NCBI RefSeq assembly: GCF_003044035.1
Contig: NZ_NVQC01000007.1
Coordinates: 25,454-57,453, forward strand
Source: Candidatus Methylomirabilis limnetica
Lineage (GTDB): Bacteria; Methylomirabilota; Methylomirabilia; Methylomirabilales; Methylomirabilaceae
Direction of reading: 5' to 3'
DNA length: 32,000 bases
Shown here: in pieces, positions 23,355 through 30,751 of the stretch
How the letters are laid out: every line of letters begins with the position of its first letter
Numbering within the stretch: the stretch's first letter is position 1
Position numbers and translations under genes: made by a program
Notes under the pieces: generated by a model
What the model saw: the letters and a program-made list of their open reading frames with translations, nothing else
What the model was told of the DNA's origin: nothing
Database searches by the model: none

Positions 23355-23834
23355 TCAATACTCGCCCTGCGCCTTGATGATCAGGAAGATGCGCTCCACC
23401 TCAGCCACATCATTGTTCAGTAGCGGCAGCAATGCGCCCTTAAGCGTTACCTCCTCGGCGATGGCGAAGTCGTTCTGCTCCGGCTCGTGCCAGTTGATGA
23501 GGTGGACTTTCTCCGTCACCTTGCCCGCCTCGGTCTTCACGTCTACACCGTAGCGCAGCAGCTTGTAGACGGCCTGGTTGTTGCCGTAGAGTGTGCGGCT
23601 GTGACTGTCCGCCTCGGTGCGCAGGTCGTAGAGCGCCTTGGAAATCTGCGCCGGGCTGTAGCGGCACTTAGTCAGCCATGCGGCGAGCAAACCTTCATCG
23701 ATGTTACTGTTGCCGTCGCGGTCGGTCCAGTCACCGAGGTAGCGGTAGCGCAGTTCATCGCGGAACAGGGCGATGACCCGATTCTGCGTGGCGCGCTCGG
23801 GCTGGCCGACGGCGTTCACTTCACGACCTCCCAA
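23355..23834 (-). pseudogene. hsdR: Type I restriction enzyme HsdR remnant (N-terminal ~135 aa joined to a short C-terminal tail)
   Basis: GQPERATQNRVIALFRDELRYRYLGDWTDRDGNSNIDEGLL...VHLINWHEPEQNDFAIAEEVTLKG matches the HsdR N-terminal domain. The ORF is 159 aa versus ~1000 aa for the intact enzyme, and the helicase motifs are absent. Confidence 0.65.
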
Positions 23835-24937
23835 TAGCCGCCTTTTGCCGAGCCGATTCGTCGCACGCGGTTCTGCTGCCGGAGTTGCCTGAGATTTCGC
23901 TCGATGGATCGGTCCGTAATGCCGAGCATGCGTGCCATCTCCGGGATCGTGGCATCGGGATTCGCAATCAGATACGCGAGGATTTTCCCCGACGTTTTCC
24001 CCGACGTTTCACCGACCTTCTCCCCCAACAGCCGATGGGCCTCCTTCTCGCCCAACGCAGCACTCAGGTGCTCGGGGTTGGCTTTGAACGTCAGCATCAA
24101 GCCGGAAAGGCTGGCGTCGTAGATCGGCGCCTCGATGCCATGCTCGCGACACTCGCGCGCAATCTTCTCGATGCCGCGTCCCCAAGACTCGATGTAGCCC
24201 GCACGGAAGAAGGCGTTGGCCAGCAGGGGATTGAAGGGGTGCGACGGGTGCTTGCCCCTCAGCTTCTCCAGCGTCCAGCTCTGCGGCAACTGACCTGGAT
24301 TCCACAACACGATCTGGTGCTCGTAGACGCTGATTTGGATCGGGATGGCACTGCTGTAGTCCTTATGCACTACCGCATTCAGCAGGGCCTCGCGCAACGC
24401 GCCGTCGGGGAACAGAAAGGTCTCCAGCCACTGCACACCTTGGTAGCTGATATAGGCCTTTAGGTACTTCTGGTGAAGAATCTCCAGCGTTTTCTCGACC
24501 TGCTCGAACAGGTTTCCGCGCATCTCGTCCTGGTAACGCAGATCGTCGTCGGTAACGAAGAAGCCGATCTTGATCCAGGCCCCGCCGACGTAGTGCTGCG
24601 GCCGCTCGGAGAACAACAGGTAGGCGGCACGCTTCAGATACTGGCCCTCGGTCAGTTCCAGGTTGTCCAGAACGGCCTCACGGCTGTCGTTCAACACCGC
24701 TTCGTCCATACGACCGCTGCGTACCGCTCGCTGCGCAAACAGCCGGAGGGCGTCCTGACTGCAGTCTGCGGCATGGAAGGTCGGTTCGGGAACGCCGTCC
24801 CAATGCAGGCCGCGCTTCCTAAGCAGGAACCGCTCGAGGGCCGCGCCCTTGAGGGCCTGGTTGGTACTGCCGCTCCGATAATGGTATTCGCCTCTGAGGC
24901 TGATCGGGTTATGGAATGGAGAATGGAGAGTGGAGAA
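23816..24937 (-). pseudogene. AlbA_2/HATPase_c_4-type putative DNA-binding ATPase-like protein, 5'-truncated
   Basis: ALLNAVVHKDYSS..PIQISVYEHQIVLWNPG...HPFNPLLANAFFRAGYIESWGRGIEKI plus a C-terminal wHTH. The frame stays open upstream of the track ATG (ISLRGEYHYRSGSTNQALKGAALERFLLRKRGLHWDGVP...) up to a stop at 24938-24940, where the cassette repeat begins. The N-terminal AlbA_2 domain is missing. Confidence 0.7.
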
Positions 24938-24956
24938 TTATTGGGCATGGGAGTAA

Positions 24957-25404
24957 AATTGAAAGTGGAGAATGGAGAGTGGAGAATTATTGAGCATGCT
25001 TGTCTTTCCTCGATGTTTTGACGATCGAGACCAGCAGCTTGACCAGTTCTTCGCTGTCTGTTCGGATCGATGTAAAGCTCTGCTCAGCGATGTACTCGGC
25101 TTGGTGCAGCAACTCCAGCCAGTAGAGAGTTTCGTTGGCTTCCTTGAGCGCGATGTTCATCTTGTGGGTAAAGTCTGGTTTGCTCTCGGCATGTTCCGCC
25201 TCGCGTACCAGCGCACCAATTGCGGTCCCGCTGCGTAACACCTGCTTGGACAGCACAAACTCCTTCTTCTCGTCCTGCAAATATTTCGCCAACCTTACCA
25301 CGCGAAGCGCAAACGCAAACGACTTCGCCTTTACAACGTTTTCCTTCATTCTCAATTTCCTATTCCCTCATTCTCCATTCTCCATTTTCAATTCTCAATT
25401 TATT
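24957..25404 (-). mobile_element. Four-helix-bundle gene cassette 1 bounded by ~33-bp imperfect inverted repeats (GGAGAATGGAGA-type)
   Basis: The left flank AATTGAAAGTGGAGAATGGAGAGTGGAGAATTATT resembles the reverse complement of the right flank ...CATTCTCCATTCTCCATTTTCAATTCTCAATTTATT. The block repeats at 26108-26555 with 5-6 mismatches by eye. Confidence 0.5.
24987..25349 (-). CDS. Four-helix-bundle protein (23S rRNA intervening-sequence protein / Avd family)
   Basis: MKENVVKAKSFAFALRVVRLAKYLQDEKKEFVLSKQVLRSGTAIGALVREAEHAESKPDFTHKMNIALKEANETLYWLELL is the hallmark of this family. The start is taken at ATG 25349. Confidence 0.85.
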   Translation of the reverse strand: MKENVVKAKSFAFALRVVRLAKYLQDEKKEFVLSKQVLRSGTAIGALVREAEHAESKPDFTHKMNIALKEANETLYWLELLHQAEYIAEQSFTSIRTDSEELVKLLVSIVKTSRKDKHAQ

Positions 25405-25414
25405 AACCGGTCGT

Positions 25415-25801
25415 CTACACTTTGCGCACGGGCCCGGGGTACCGGGCCAGTTGCGCGTCGCCGGTGAGGAGGATGATGCCCTCGCTTAAGGCCTGGGCCA
25501 GCAGCAGGCGGTCGAAGGGATCTTTGTGCAGTGGGGGCAAGCTGTCGATGTTTACCGCGTGCTGACTGGTGATGGGAAGCTCGGTATAGCCGTTGTCGAG
25601 CAAACCCCGGCGCAGCAGGCGTGGCTCGACGCGGAAGTCTTCCCGCCCCAGGGTATTCTTGATGGCGATCTCCCACAGGCTGGCGGCGCTAAAGAGGAGC
25701 TCGTTGCGCGGGTCGTTCAGGAGCTTACGCGCCGCCGCGGAGAGCCGCTCGGGCTGGCCGGCCGCCCAAAGCAGGATCTGAGTGTCCAGCAAGAGCTTCA
25801 C
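25415..25801 (-). CDS. vapC: Type II toxin VapC (PIN domain ribonuclease)
   Basis: 128 aa. LLLDTQILLW...LFSAASLWEIAIK...HKDPFDRLLLAQA..GIILLTGD carries the PIN acidic residues. GTGA overlap with the antitoxin. Confidence 0.85.
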   Translation of the reverse strand: MKLLLDTQILLWAAGQPERLSAAARKLLNDPRNELLFSAASLWEIAIKNTLGREDFRVEPRLLRRGLLDNGYTELPITSQHAVNIDSLPPLHKDPFDRLLLAQALSEGIILLTGDAQLARYPGPVRKV

Positions 25802-26037
25802 GCCCCGCTCCCGAACAGGGCCGCGATCTCGGCTTCGCCCATGCTGTCAAAATCTTCGGGTACGGCGATCTCGCCCGCCAGGAAGCCCAGCCGTTTCGGC
25901 GCCACTGGGGTATCCAGTGCCGCAACCTTCACCAGTGGCTTGCCCGCCTTGGCGATCACGAACGCTTCGCCCTTGACCGCTTGATCGACCAGCTTCGAGA
26001 GCTGGGTCTTGGCTTCATGGATGTTGACGGTAACCAT
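25798..26037 (-). CDS. vapB: Type II antitoxin (Phd/YefM-fold) partner of VapC
   Basis: MVTVNIHEAKTQLSKLVDQAVKGEAFVIAKAGKPLVKV... ATG 26037 is preceded by GGAGG at 5 nt. The track's TTG 26049 start would include the RBS. Confidence 0.8.
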   Translation of the reverse strand: MVTVNIHEAKTQLSKLVDQAVKGEAFVIAKAGKPLVKVAALDTPVAPKRLGFLAGEIAVPEDFDSMGEAEIAALFGSGA

Positions 26038-26050
26038 ATCGACCTCCAAA

Positions 26051-26072
26051 GACTAAGTTAATAAGACTAAGT
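26051..26072 (-). promoter_or_regulatory. Candidate vapBC operator: direct repeats GACTAAGT x2
   Basis: GACTAAGT occurs at 26051-26058 and 26065-26072 (14-nt period), immediately upstream of the vapB RBS in an AT-rich stretch. Confidence 0.3.
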
Positions 26073-26107
26073 CTACTCCGTCGCCCTCCCACCGTCAAGG
26101 AGAGTAC

Positions 26108-26555
26108 AATTGAGAGTGGAGAATGGAGAGTGGAGAATTATTTGGCATGCTTGTCTTTCCTTGATGTTTTGACGATCTAGACCAGCAGCTTGACCAGTTC
26201 TTCGCTGTCTGTTCGGATCGATGTAAAGCTCTGCTCAGCGATGTACTCGGCTTGGTGCAGCAACTCCAGCCAGTAGAGAGTTTCGTTGGCTTCCTTGAGC
26301 GCGATGTTCATCTTGTGGGTAAAGTCTGGTTTGCTCTCGGCATGTTCCGCCTCGCGTACCAGCGCACCAATTGCGGTCCCGCTACGTAACACCTGCTTGG
26401 ACAGCACAAACTCCTTCTTCTCGTCCTGCAAATATTTCGCCAACCTTACCACGCGAAGCGCAAACGCAAACGACTTCGCCTTTACAACGTTTTCCTTCAT
26501 TCTCAATTTCCTATTCCCTCATTCTCCATTCTCCATTTTCAATTCTCAATTTATT
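26108..26555 (-). mobile_element. Four-helix-bundle gene cassette 2 (direct repeat of cassette 1, offset 1151 bp)
   Basis: It has the same inverted-repeat flanks as cassette 1. By hand alignment, 24965-25404 versus 26116-26555 differ at 5 positions. Confidence 0.5.
26177..26500 (-). CDS. Four-helix-bundle protein copy 2, C-terminally shortened by a TCG>TAG nonsense change
   Basis: The protein is identical to copy 1 through ...EELVKLLV. Copy 1 reads GATCGAGACC where copy 2 reads GATCTAGACC, a premature stop that removes the last 13 aa. Confidence 0.75.
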   Translation of the reverse strand: MKENVVKAKSFAFALRVVRLAKYLQDEKKEFVLSKQVLRSGTAIGALVREAEHAESKPDFTHKMNIALKEANETLYWLELLHQAEYIAEQSFTSIRTDSEELVKLLV

Positions 26556-26777
26556 TACCACTCGTAGCGCAAACGCAAACGACTTGTCTTTGACAATATT
26601 GTCCTTCATTCTCAATTTCCTATTCCCTCATTCTCCATTCTCCATTTTCAATTCTCAATTTATTTACCACTCGTAGCGCAAACGCAAACGACTTGTCTTT
26701 GACAATATTGTCCTTCATTCTCAATTTCCTATTCCCTCATTCTCCATTCTCCATTTTCAATTCTCAATTTTCAATTC
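26498..26777. repeat. Tandem 109-bp repeat (about 2.5 units): cassette right-flank IR plus the 5' stump of a divergent four-helix-bundle ORF
   Basis: The unit landmark CAT (ATG on the minus strand) recurs at 26498, 26607 and 26716. Each stump encodes MKDNIVKDKSFAFALRVV and then runs into the IR. Confidence 0.85.
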
Positions 26778-27038
26778 CCCATGCCACACGCCAACGATCC
26801 AGACCACCTGCCCCTTGACGCGATAGAAGAAGCGGTACGGCGCAATTACAACTTCACGCTGAGGAAGGTCGGGAAACTCCGGGATCGCCCGGCCTGATTC
26901 CGGAAATTTCACGAGTCTTTTGAGAACAGTCTCCGCACGTCGGCGGAACCGCAATGCGGCGTCGGGTTTGTCGCGGCGAATATACGCGAGAGCAGAAAGA
27001 AATTGGGTTCGGGCGGAGGGGGTGAAGAGGATTTTCAC
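26757..27038 (-). CDS. RelE/ParE family type II toxin
   Basis: 93 aa. MKILFTPSARTQFLSALAYIRRDKPDAALRFRRRAETVLKRLVKFPESGRAIPE...YRFFYRV.GQVVWIVGVWHG. The last ~6 codons and the stop lie inside the 109-bp repeat array. Confidence 0.8.
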   Translation of the reverse strand: MKILFTPSARTQFLSALAYIRRDKPDAALRFRRRAETVLKRLVKFPESGRAIPEFPDLPQREVVIAPYRFFYRVKGQVVWIVGVWHGELKIEN

Positions 27039-27041
27039 CGG

Positions 27042-27326
27042 TCAATCTTCCGCCAATAACTCATCAGCCTCCGCCATCACGGTTTCCAGATCATACCCCT
27101 TCCCCGCGGCGATCTCTTTGTCTCCGCGGGCCAGGAGGCGAAGAAGCTGTCTGTCGTGCTCCGCCTTTTCGTATGCGTCTGTACTCATCATCACCGCTGC
27201 GGCCCGACCGCGTTGAGTAATGATGACCGGCTCTTTCGTGTTCTGAACGCGCTTAAGCACGCTTGCCGCGTCCTGACGAAGGTCAGTGATCGGAATTAGA
27301 TTCGGCAGCTTGCCCATTGGTCTCAC
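27042..27326 (-). CDS. Phd/YefM family antitoxin
   Basis: 94 aa. IPITDLRQDAASVLKRVQNTKEPVIITQRGRAAAVMMSTDAYEK. It ends 3 nt upstream of the toxin GTG. Confidence 0.8.
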   Translation of the reverse strand: MRPMGKLPNLIPITDLRQDAASVLKRVQNTKEPVIITQRGRAAAVMMSTDAYEKAEHDRQLLRLLARGDKEIAAGKGYDLETVMAEADELLAED

Positions 27327-27413
27327 CCCCTACCATACATCTAAGCGTATCATTAATATCCTCATCGCAAGCAGATTGTAATCCCCTAATGGTGGGTGTC
27401 AAGTGGAAAGCGG

Positions 27414-28180
27414 CTAGTGCCAGACGCCTGGGATCGCGGTCTGGCAGGTCTAGCAGGCGCCGTCGTTGAGGGTATTCTTAAGGATGGTATAGCCGCACCG
27501 CTCGATCAGCAAGGTCCGGCAGGAGGGGCAGTAGGTATGCTCATGGGGGCCTACCGATGTTGCCGGCATAGACACTGCGGAGGCCGGTACTCTTGCCAAT
27601 GTCAGCGGCCCGGAACAGAGTGCTGGCAGCCGTATTGGCGTGGTCCCGCATCTTGTAATCCTGGTGGAAGGCCGTGACATGCCAGGGCATATCGGTGGAG
27701 ACAGAGGCCAGGAACTCGGCGATCTGGGCGAGCTCCGCATCCGAGTTGTTAAACCCCGGCACAATGAGCGTGACGATCTCGACCCAGAACTGCTTTTTCA
27801 CAAGCAGCTTGATGGTCTCCAGGACGTTTCCCAACACTCCGCCCAACTTCCGGCAGTTCGTGTCGTTGAATCCTTCCAGGTCGACCTTATATAGGTCCAC
27901 CCAGGGCTTCAGGTACTCGAGGACCTCGGGGGTGCCGTTACCGTTGCTGATGTAAGCGGTCTTCAGGCCGCGCGCTTTGGCTACGCGGAAGATCTCCACC
28001 GCCTCCTCGCTGGTGATCAGGGGCTCGTTGTAGGTGCTGGCGATGATCGGCGCGCGGTGCCGTTCGGCCATGCCGACCAAGTCGTTGACCGACACCCGCT
28101 CCGGCGGGCTCACAGCCTCGGGATCGCGCAGCGCCTGCGACGTGAGTCAATTCTGGCAATAAGGACAGAGTCACATCCGT
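27414..28180 (-). pseudogene. AmmeMemoRadiSam-system radical SAM enzyme (PflA-like), multi-hit pseudogene
   Basis: There is good similarity across IIASTYNEPLITSEEAVEIFRVAKARGLKTAYISNGNGTPEVLEYL...VEIVTLIVPGFNND...PWHVTAFHQDYKM. Four lesions are visible. The 5' end is lost, leaving only LCPYCQN of the Cx3Cx2C motif. A TGA replaces the Trp codon after CQN (28147-28149). There is a frameshift near 27541-27560. A TAG at 27450-27452 interrupts DGAC*TCQTAIPGVW. Confidence 0.75.
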
Positions 28181-28190
28181 CTTGCATTGA

Positions 28191-28610
28191 TTACGTTCCC
28201 TGGGCCTCCTCCAGATCGATCAGGGCCCGGATCATATCTGTTTCGGTGATAATGCCGACTACCTTCTCATCCTTCAAAACCGGCAGCGCCCCGATCCTCC
28301 GGTTGAGGAGCAGATGTGCTGCCTCTGCGATCGTGGTCTCCGGCGTCACGGTGATCACCTTCTTGGTCATGATCTCCTTCACCTTCAGTTTGTCCAGCAG
28401 GTAGTGGACCTCGTAGATGGACAGGCTCGTAGCAGGGGAGGGCCTCATGAGCCGAAAGTCCCGATCGGTGACAATCCCTCGTAGCTTGCTGTTATCGGTC
28501 ACGAGGAGGTGTCGAATGCCCTTCTTCTTCATCATGTACAGGGCCGCGTTGGCCCGCTCATCGAGACCAACCATGATGACCTTGGTCTGCATGTACCGTT
28601 TCACTAGCAT
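28191..28610 (-). CDS. CBS domain pair protein
   Basis: MLVKRYMQTKVIMV...GIRHLLVTDN.KLRGIVTDRD...IMTKKVITVTPETTIAEAAHLLLNRRIGALPVLKDEKVVGIITETD gives two CBS motifs. ATG 28610 is preceded by AAGGAG at 5 nt; the track's longer start is unlikely. Confidence 0.8.
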   Translation of the reverse strand: MLVKRYMQTKVIMVGLDERANAALYMMKKKGIRHLLVTDNSKLRGIVTDRDFRLMRPSPATSLSIYEVHYLLDKLKVKEIMTKKVITVTPETTIAEAAHLLLNRRIGALPVLKDEKVVGIITETDMIRALIDLEEAQGT

Positions 28611-28629
28611 GGGTTCTCCTTTACCGGGG

Positions 28630-28960
28630 TTATTTGCTCGCACGACGGCGAACGGCGGCGCCAAGGCGCTGCATCGGAGTTGAGTAGACACCTGGGGGAA
28701 TGATCGCATCGATCAGGATTGTGGCCTTGACCTCCAGCGCCTGCGCCGTAGGTCACGGCAGCTACGCCCAGGCCTTGGACGCGCGCATAGGCGTCCGCCG
28801 CATACCCCACGGCCGGCTCATGGGTGAGGATCACCGGCTCGATCCCCGGCTCCTCCTCCAGGGCCCGGAAGAGGGGCAGAACGAAGTCGCCAGGCAGGCC
28901 AAACACATGGCGCACCCCGGCTTCCTTAAATCGCTCAAACAGATACCGACATAGTTCCAT
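28630..28960 (-). pseudogene. Thiamine-diphosphate enzyme (pyruvate/indolepyruvate decarboxylase or acetolactate synthase family) N-terminal stump
   Basis: MELCRYLFERFKEAGVRHVFGLPGDFVLPLFRALEE..IEPVILTHEPAVGYAADAYARVQGLGVAAVTYGAGA matches the N-terminal TPP-binding (Pyr) domain. The sequence then degenerates. The stump is ~75 aa of a ~550 aa enzyme. Confidence 0.6.
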
Positions 28961-29043
28961 GCCCTACCTTTTAGCGCACTGCGAGGGGCAGGTCAATGTG
29001 AAGTCTCAGGGCGGGCCATTCGGTGAGGTGCGCGGTGAGTGGA

Positions 29044-29754
29044 TTACAGTTCACTCGTCCCGTCACTGTCGGTTCCTGGCAGCAGGTCAGCGAAGACGAA
29101 ACCGTCGCGGGTGACAACCTCCCCGAGGCTTACCGGGATAGAATGGGCGAACATCGGCCCTTCGTAGGCGAAGGTGTGAAACTCCCCCCGCTCGCCACAG
29201 GGATCCACCTCATCAGGCAATTCATCCAACAGATTTCCATCGAACAGGCGTCCTGCATACGAGGGGGAGAGTCTCTTCGGATCGACGCACGTAATCCGAG
29301 CCCTGAGGCCAGCGCTCACCATCTCGTGGGCAAGAATTCGTGTTGGCCGGCCCCATAGCGGAAACAGCGGCGTGAGCCCAGTGCCCTGCATCCGGCTCTC
29401 ACGATATTGTCGGACATCCTCGAGGAAGAGATCACCGAAGGCGACATGCGTAATCTTGAGCTGTGTGCGCGCCTCAGCCAGGGCCCGACCCATCGCCTCC
29501 TCATAGGCCGCATTCGAGCATGGCCAGGGCAGCGGCACATTGATGAGCGGGAGATCGGCGGCTCGTGCCTGCGCCTCGACCAGCCCACGCCGCACGGCGT
29601 GCATGGCCACCCGGTCGAACGCCTCGTTGAAGGTGGTGAGCAGTCCCACTACCTCGATCTCACCGCCCTGCCGCAAGACCTGGAGCGTCCAGGCCGAGTC
29701 CTTCCCGCTGCTCCAGGCGATCAGGACACGAGGACGGTTGTATCCGGGTTTCAT
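29044..29754 (-). CDS. PP-loop ATP pyrophosphatase, Dph6/MJ0570-related (adenine nucleotide alpha-hydrolase superfamily)
   Basis: 236 aa. VLIAWSSGKDSAW (PP-loop SGGKDS variant), ...THVAFGDLFLEDVRQYRE......PLFPLWG..T..LA.EM...G....I.CVD.......G...D..L...LP..VDPCGE.GEFHTF. Confidence 0.7.
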   Translation of the reverse strand: MKPGYNRPRVLIAWSSGKDSAWTLQVLRQGGEIEVVGLLTTFNEAFDRVAMHAVRRGLVEAQARAADLPLINVPLPWPCSNAAYEEAMGRALAEARTQLKITHVAFGDLFLEDVRQYRESRMQGTGLTPLFPLWGRPTRILAHEMVSAGLRARITCVDPKRLSPSYAGRLFDGNLLDELPDEVDPCGERGEFHTFAYEGPMFAHSIPVSLGEVVTRDGFVFADLLPGTDSDGTSEL

Positions 29755-29902
29755 TACTTGCCCACCTCAAAGGTCATCCATCCACTCCAATCTGCTTCGA
29801 AGTTGTATTTACTGTTCGTATGCCTGGGCTCGGATATCATATGCACCTAGCTTCAGGTCTAATTCCCATGTTGCACCTTCAGGCGTGCAATTCTTGATCG
29901 GA

Positions 29903-30175
29903 TCAATCAAACCGGTAATGCTTCTTGACGGGGCGGCGGATGTCCCAGGTGCAGGCCATCCCGACGGGAAAGGTGACGAGATCGCCCTTGCCGACCTGCA
30001 CCGGCTCCCATCCCTCTGGCGTCACGATCACCTCCCCCTCCAGGATATAACAAGTCTCCGTGCTGTCGTAGCTCCAGGGAAAGATGGAGACCTCTTTACT
30101 CCAGGTTGGCCAGTCCTCGACCTTGAGCGCTGTGAGTCGCGCCGGGGAAGGGTTGCGCTCCACTCGAATCTTCAT
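29903..30175 (-). CDS. Cupin domain protein (cupin_3/DUF861-like)
   Basis: MKIRVERNPSPARLTALKVEDWPTWSKEVSIFPWSYDSTETCYILEGEVIVTPEGWEPVQVGKGDLVTFPVGMACTWDIRRPVKKHYRF. ATG 30175 is preceded by AAAGGAGGA at 7 nt. Confidence 0.75.
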   Translation of the reverse strand: MKIRVERNPSPARLTALKVEDWPTWSKEVSIFPWSYDSTETCYILEGEVIVTPEGWEPVQVGKGDLVTFPVGMACTWDIRRPVKKHYRFD

Positions 30176-30284
30176 GCATCCGTCCTCCTTTCGTTTCAGG
30201 ATGCCTTCTTCGTACGTAGCCGCATGGTAAGATGTCCCTGACGACATGGTCAAGCCCAAACTATTCCAAACCCATTCATCGAAG

Positions 30285-30372
30285 CGTCATTGCGAGGAGC
30301 GGAGCGACGAAGCAATCTCTCAGTAAAAGTACGGTGAGATTACCGCGCTCCCTTCGGTCACTCGCAATGACG
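30285..30372. repeat. 88-bp palindromic REP-like element
   Basis: Perfect 12-bp terminal inverted repeat CGTCATTGCGAG 30285-30296 / CTCGCAATGACG 30361-30372. Confidence 0.55.
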
Positions 30373-30480
30373 GACCAATGAAAGGGTTGCGCTTTAATCT
30401 ATTCTCGCCTTCTCGAACGATCCTTGGAAACGATCGAACGCTCTGTTATGATTCATATGAAAGGGAGAAACGGAGAGGCT

Positions 30481-30720
30481 ATGCCGACCCCCGAGGAACT
30501 CAAGGAAGAGGACAGGAAGTTGCGGCAACTTCGGGTCGTGGTCAGCCTTACGATGAGCACGATCAGCCAGACTACGCTTTCGCTGGAGGAGGCCTCCAAG
30601 ATGGTCACCGCCACGAGGGCGTTGGCGCTGCGCCTCTTTCCCGGTAAGGAGTTGGCCTTCGAGCTGATCTATCAGCCCCGCTTCCGGAGGCTCCTGGCCG
30701 AACGGTTCCGCCTCCATTGA
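30481..30720 (+). CDS. Hypothetical small protein (79 aa)
   Basis: The ORF has a purine-rich RBS region (GGGAGAAACGGAGAGG) and plausible helical composition (MPTPEELKEEDRKLRQLRVVVSLTMSTISQTTLSLEEASKMV...). No family was recognised. Confidence 0.4.
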   Translation: MPTPEELKEEDRKLRQLRVVVSLTMSTISQTTLSLEEASKMVTATRALALRLFPGKELAFELIYQPRFRRLLAERFRLH

Positions 30721-30751
30721 GGTTGGGATCCCCTCGGTATCCTCACCAATA

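Noticed and set aside
24987-26506. Four-helix-bundle genes as Avd subunits of a diversity-generating retroelement
   Set aside because: The window has no reverse transcriptase and no template/variable repeat pair with adenine-specific differences. The two copies differ by only a handful of non-A-specific substitutions.
26498-26777. Regular 109-bp repeats (and the 166-nt repeat at 9497-9826) as a possible CRISPR array
   Set aside because: The units are contiguous with no unique spacers, far longer than CRISPR repeats, and consist of recognisable gene fragments. No cas genes are present.
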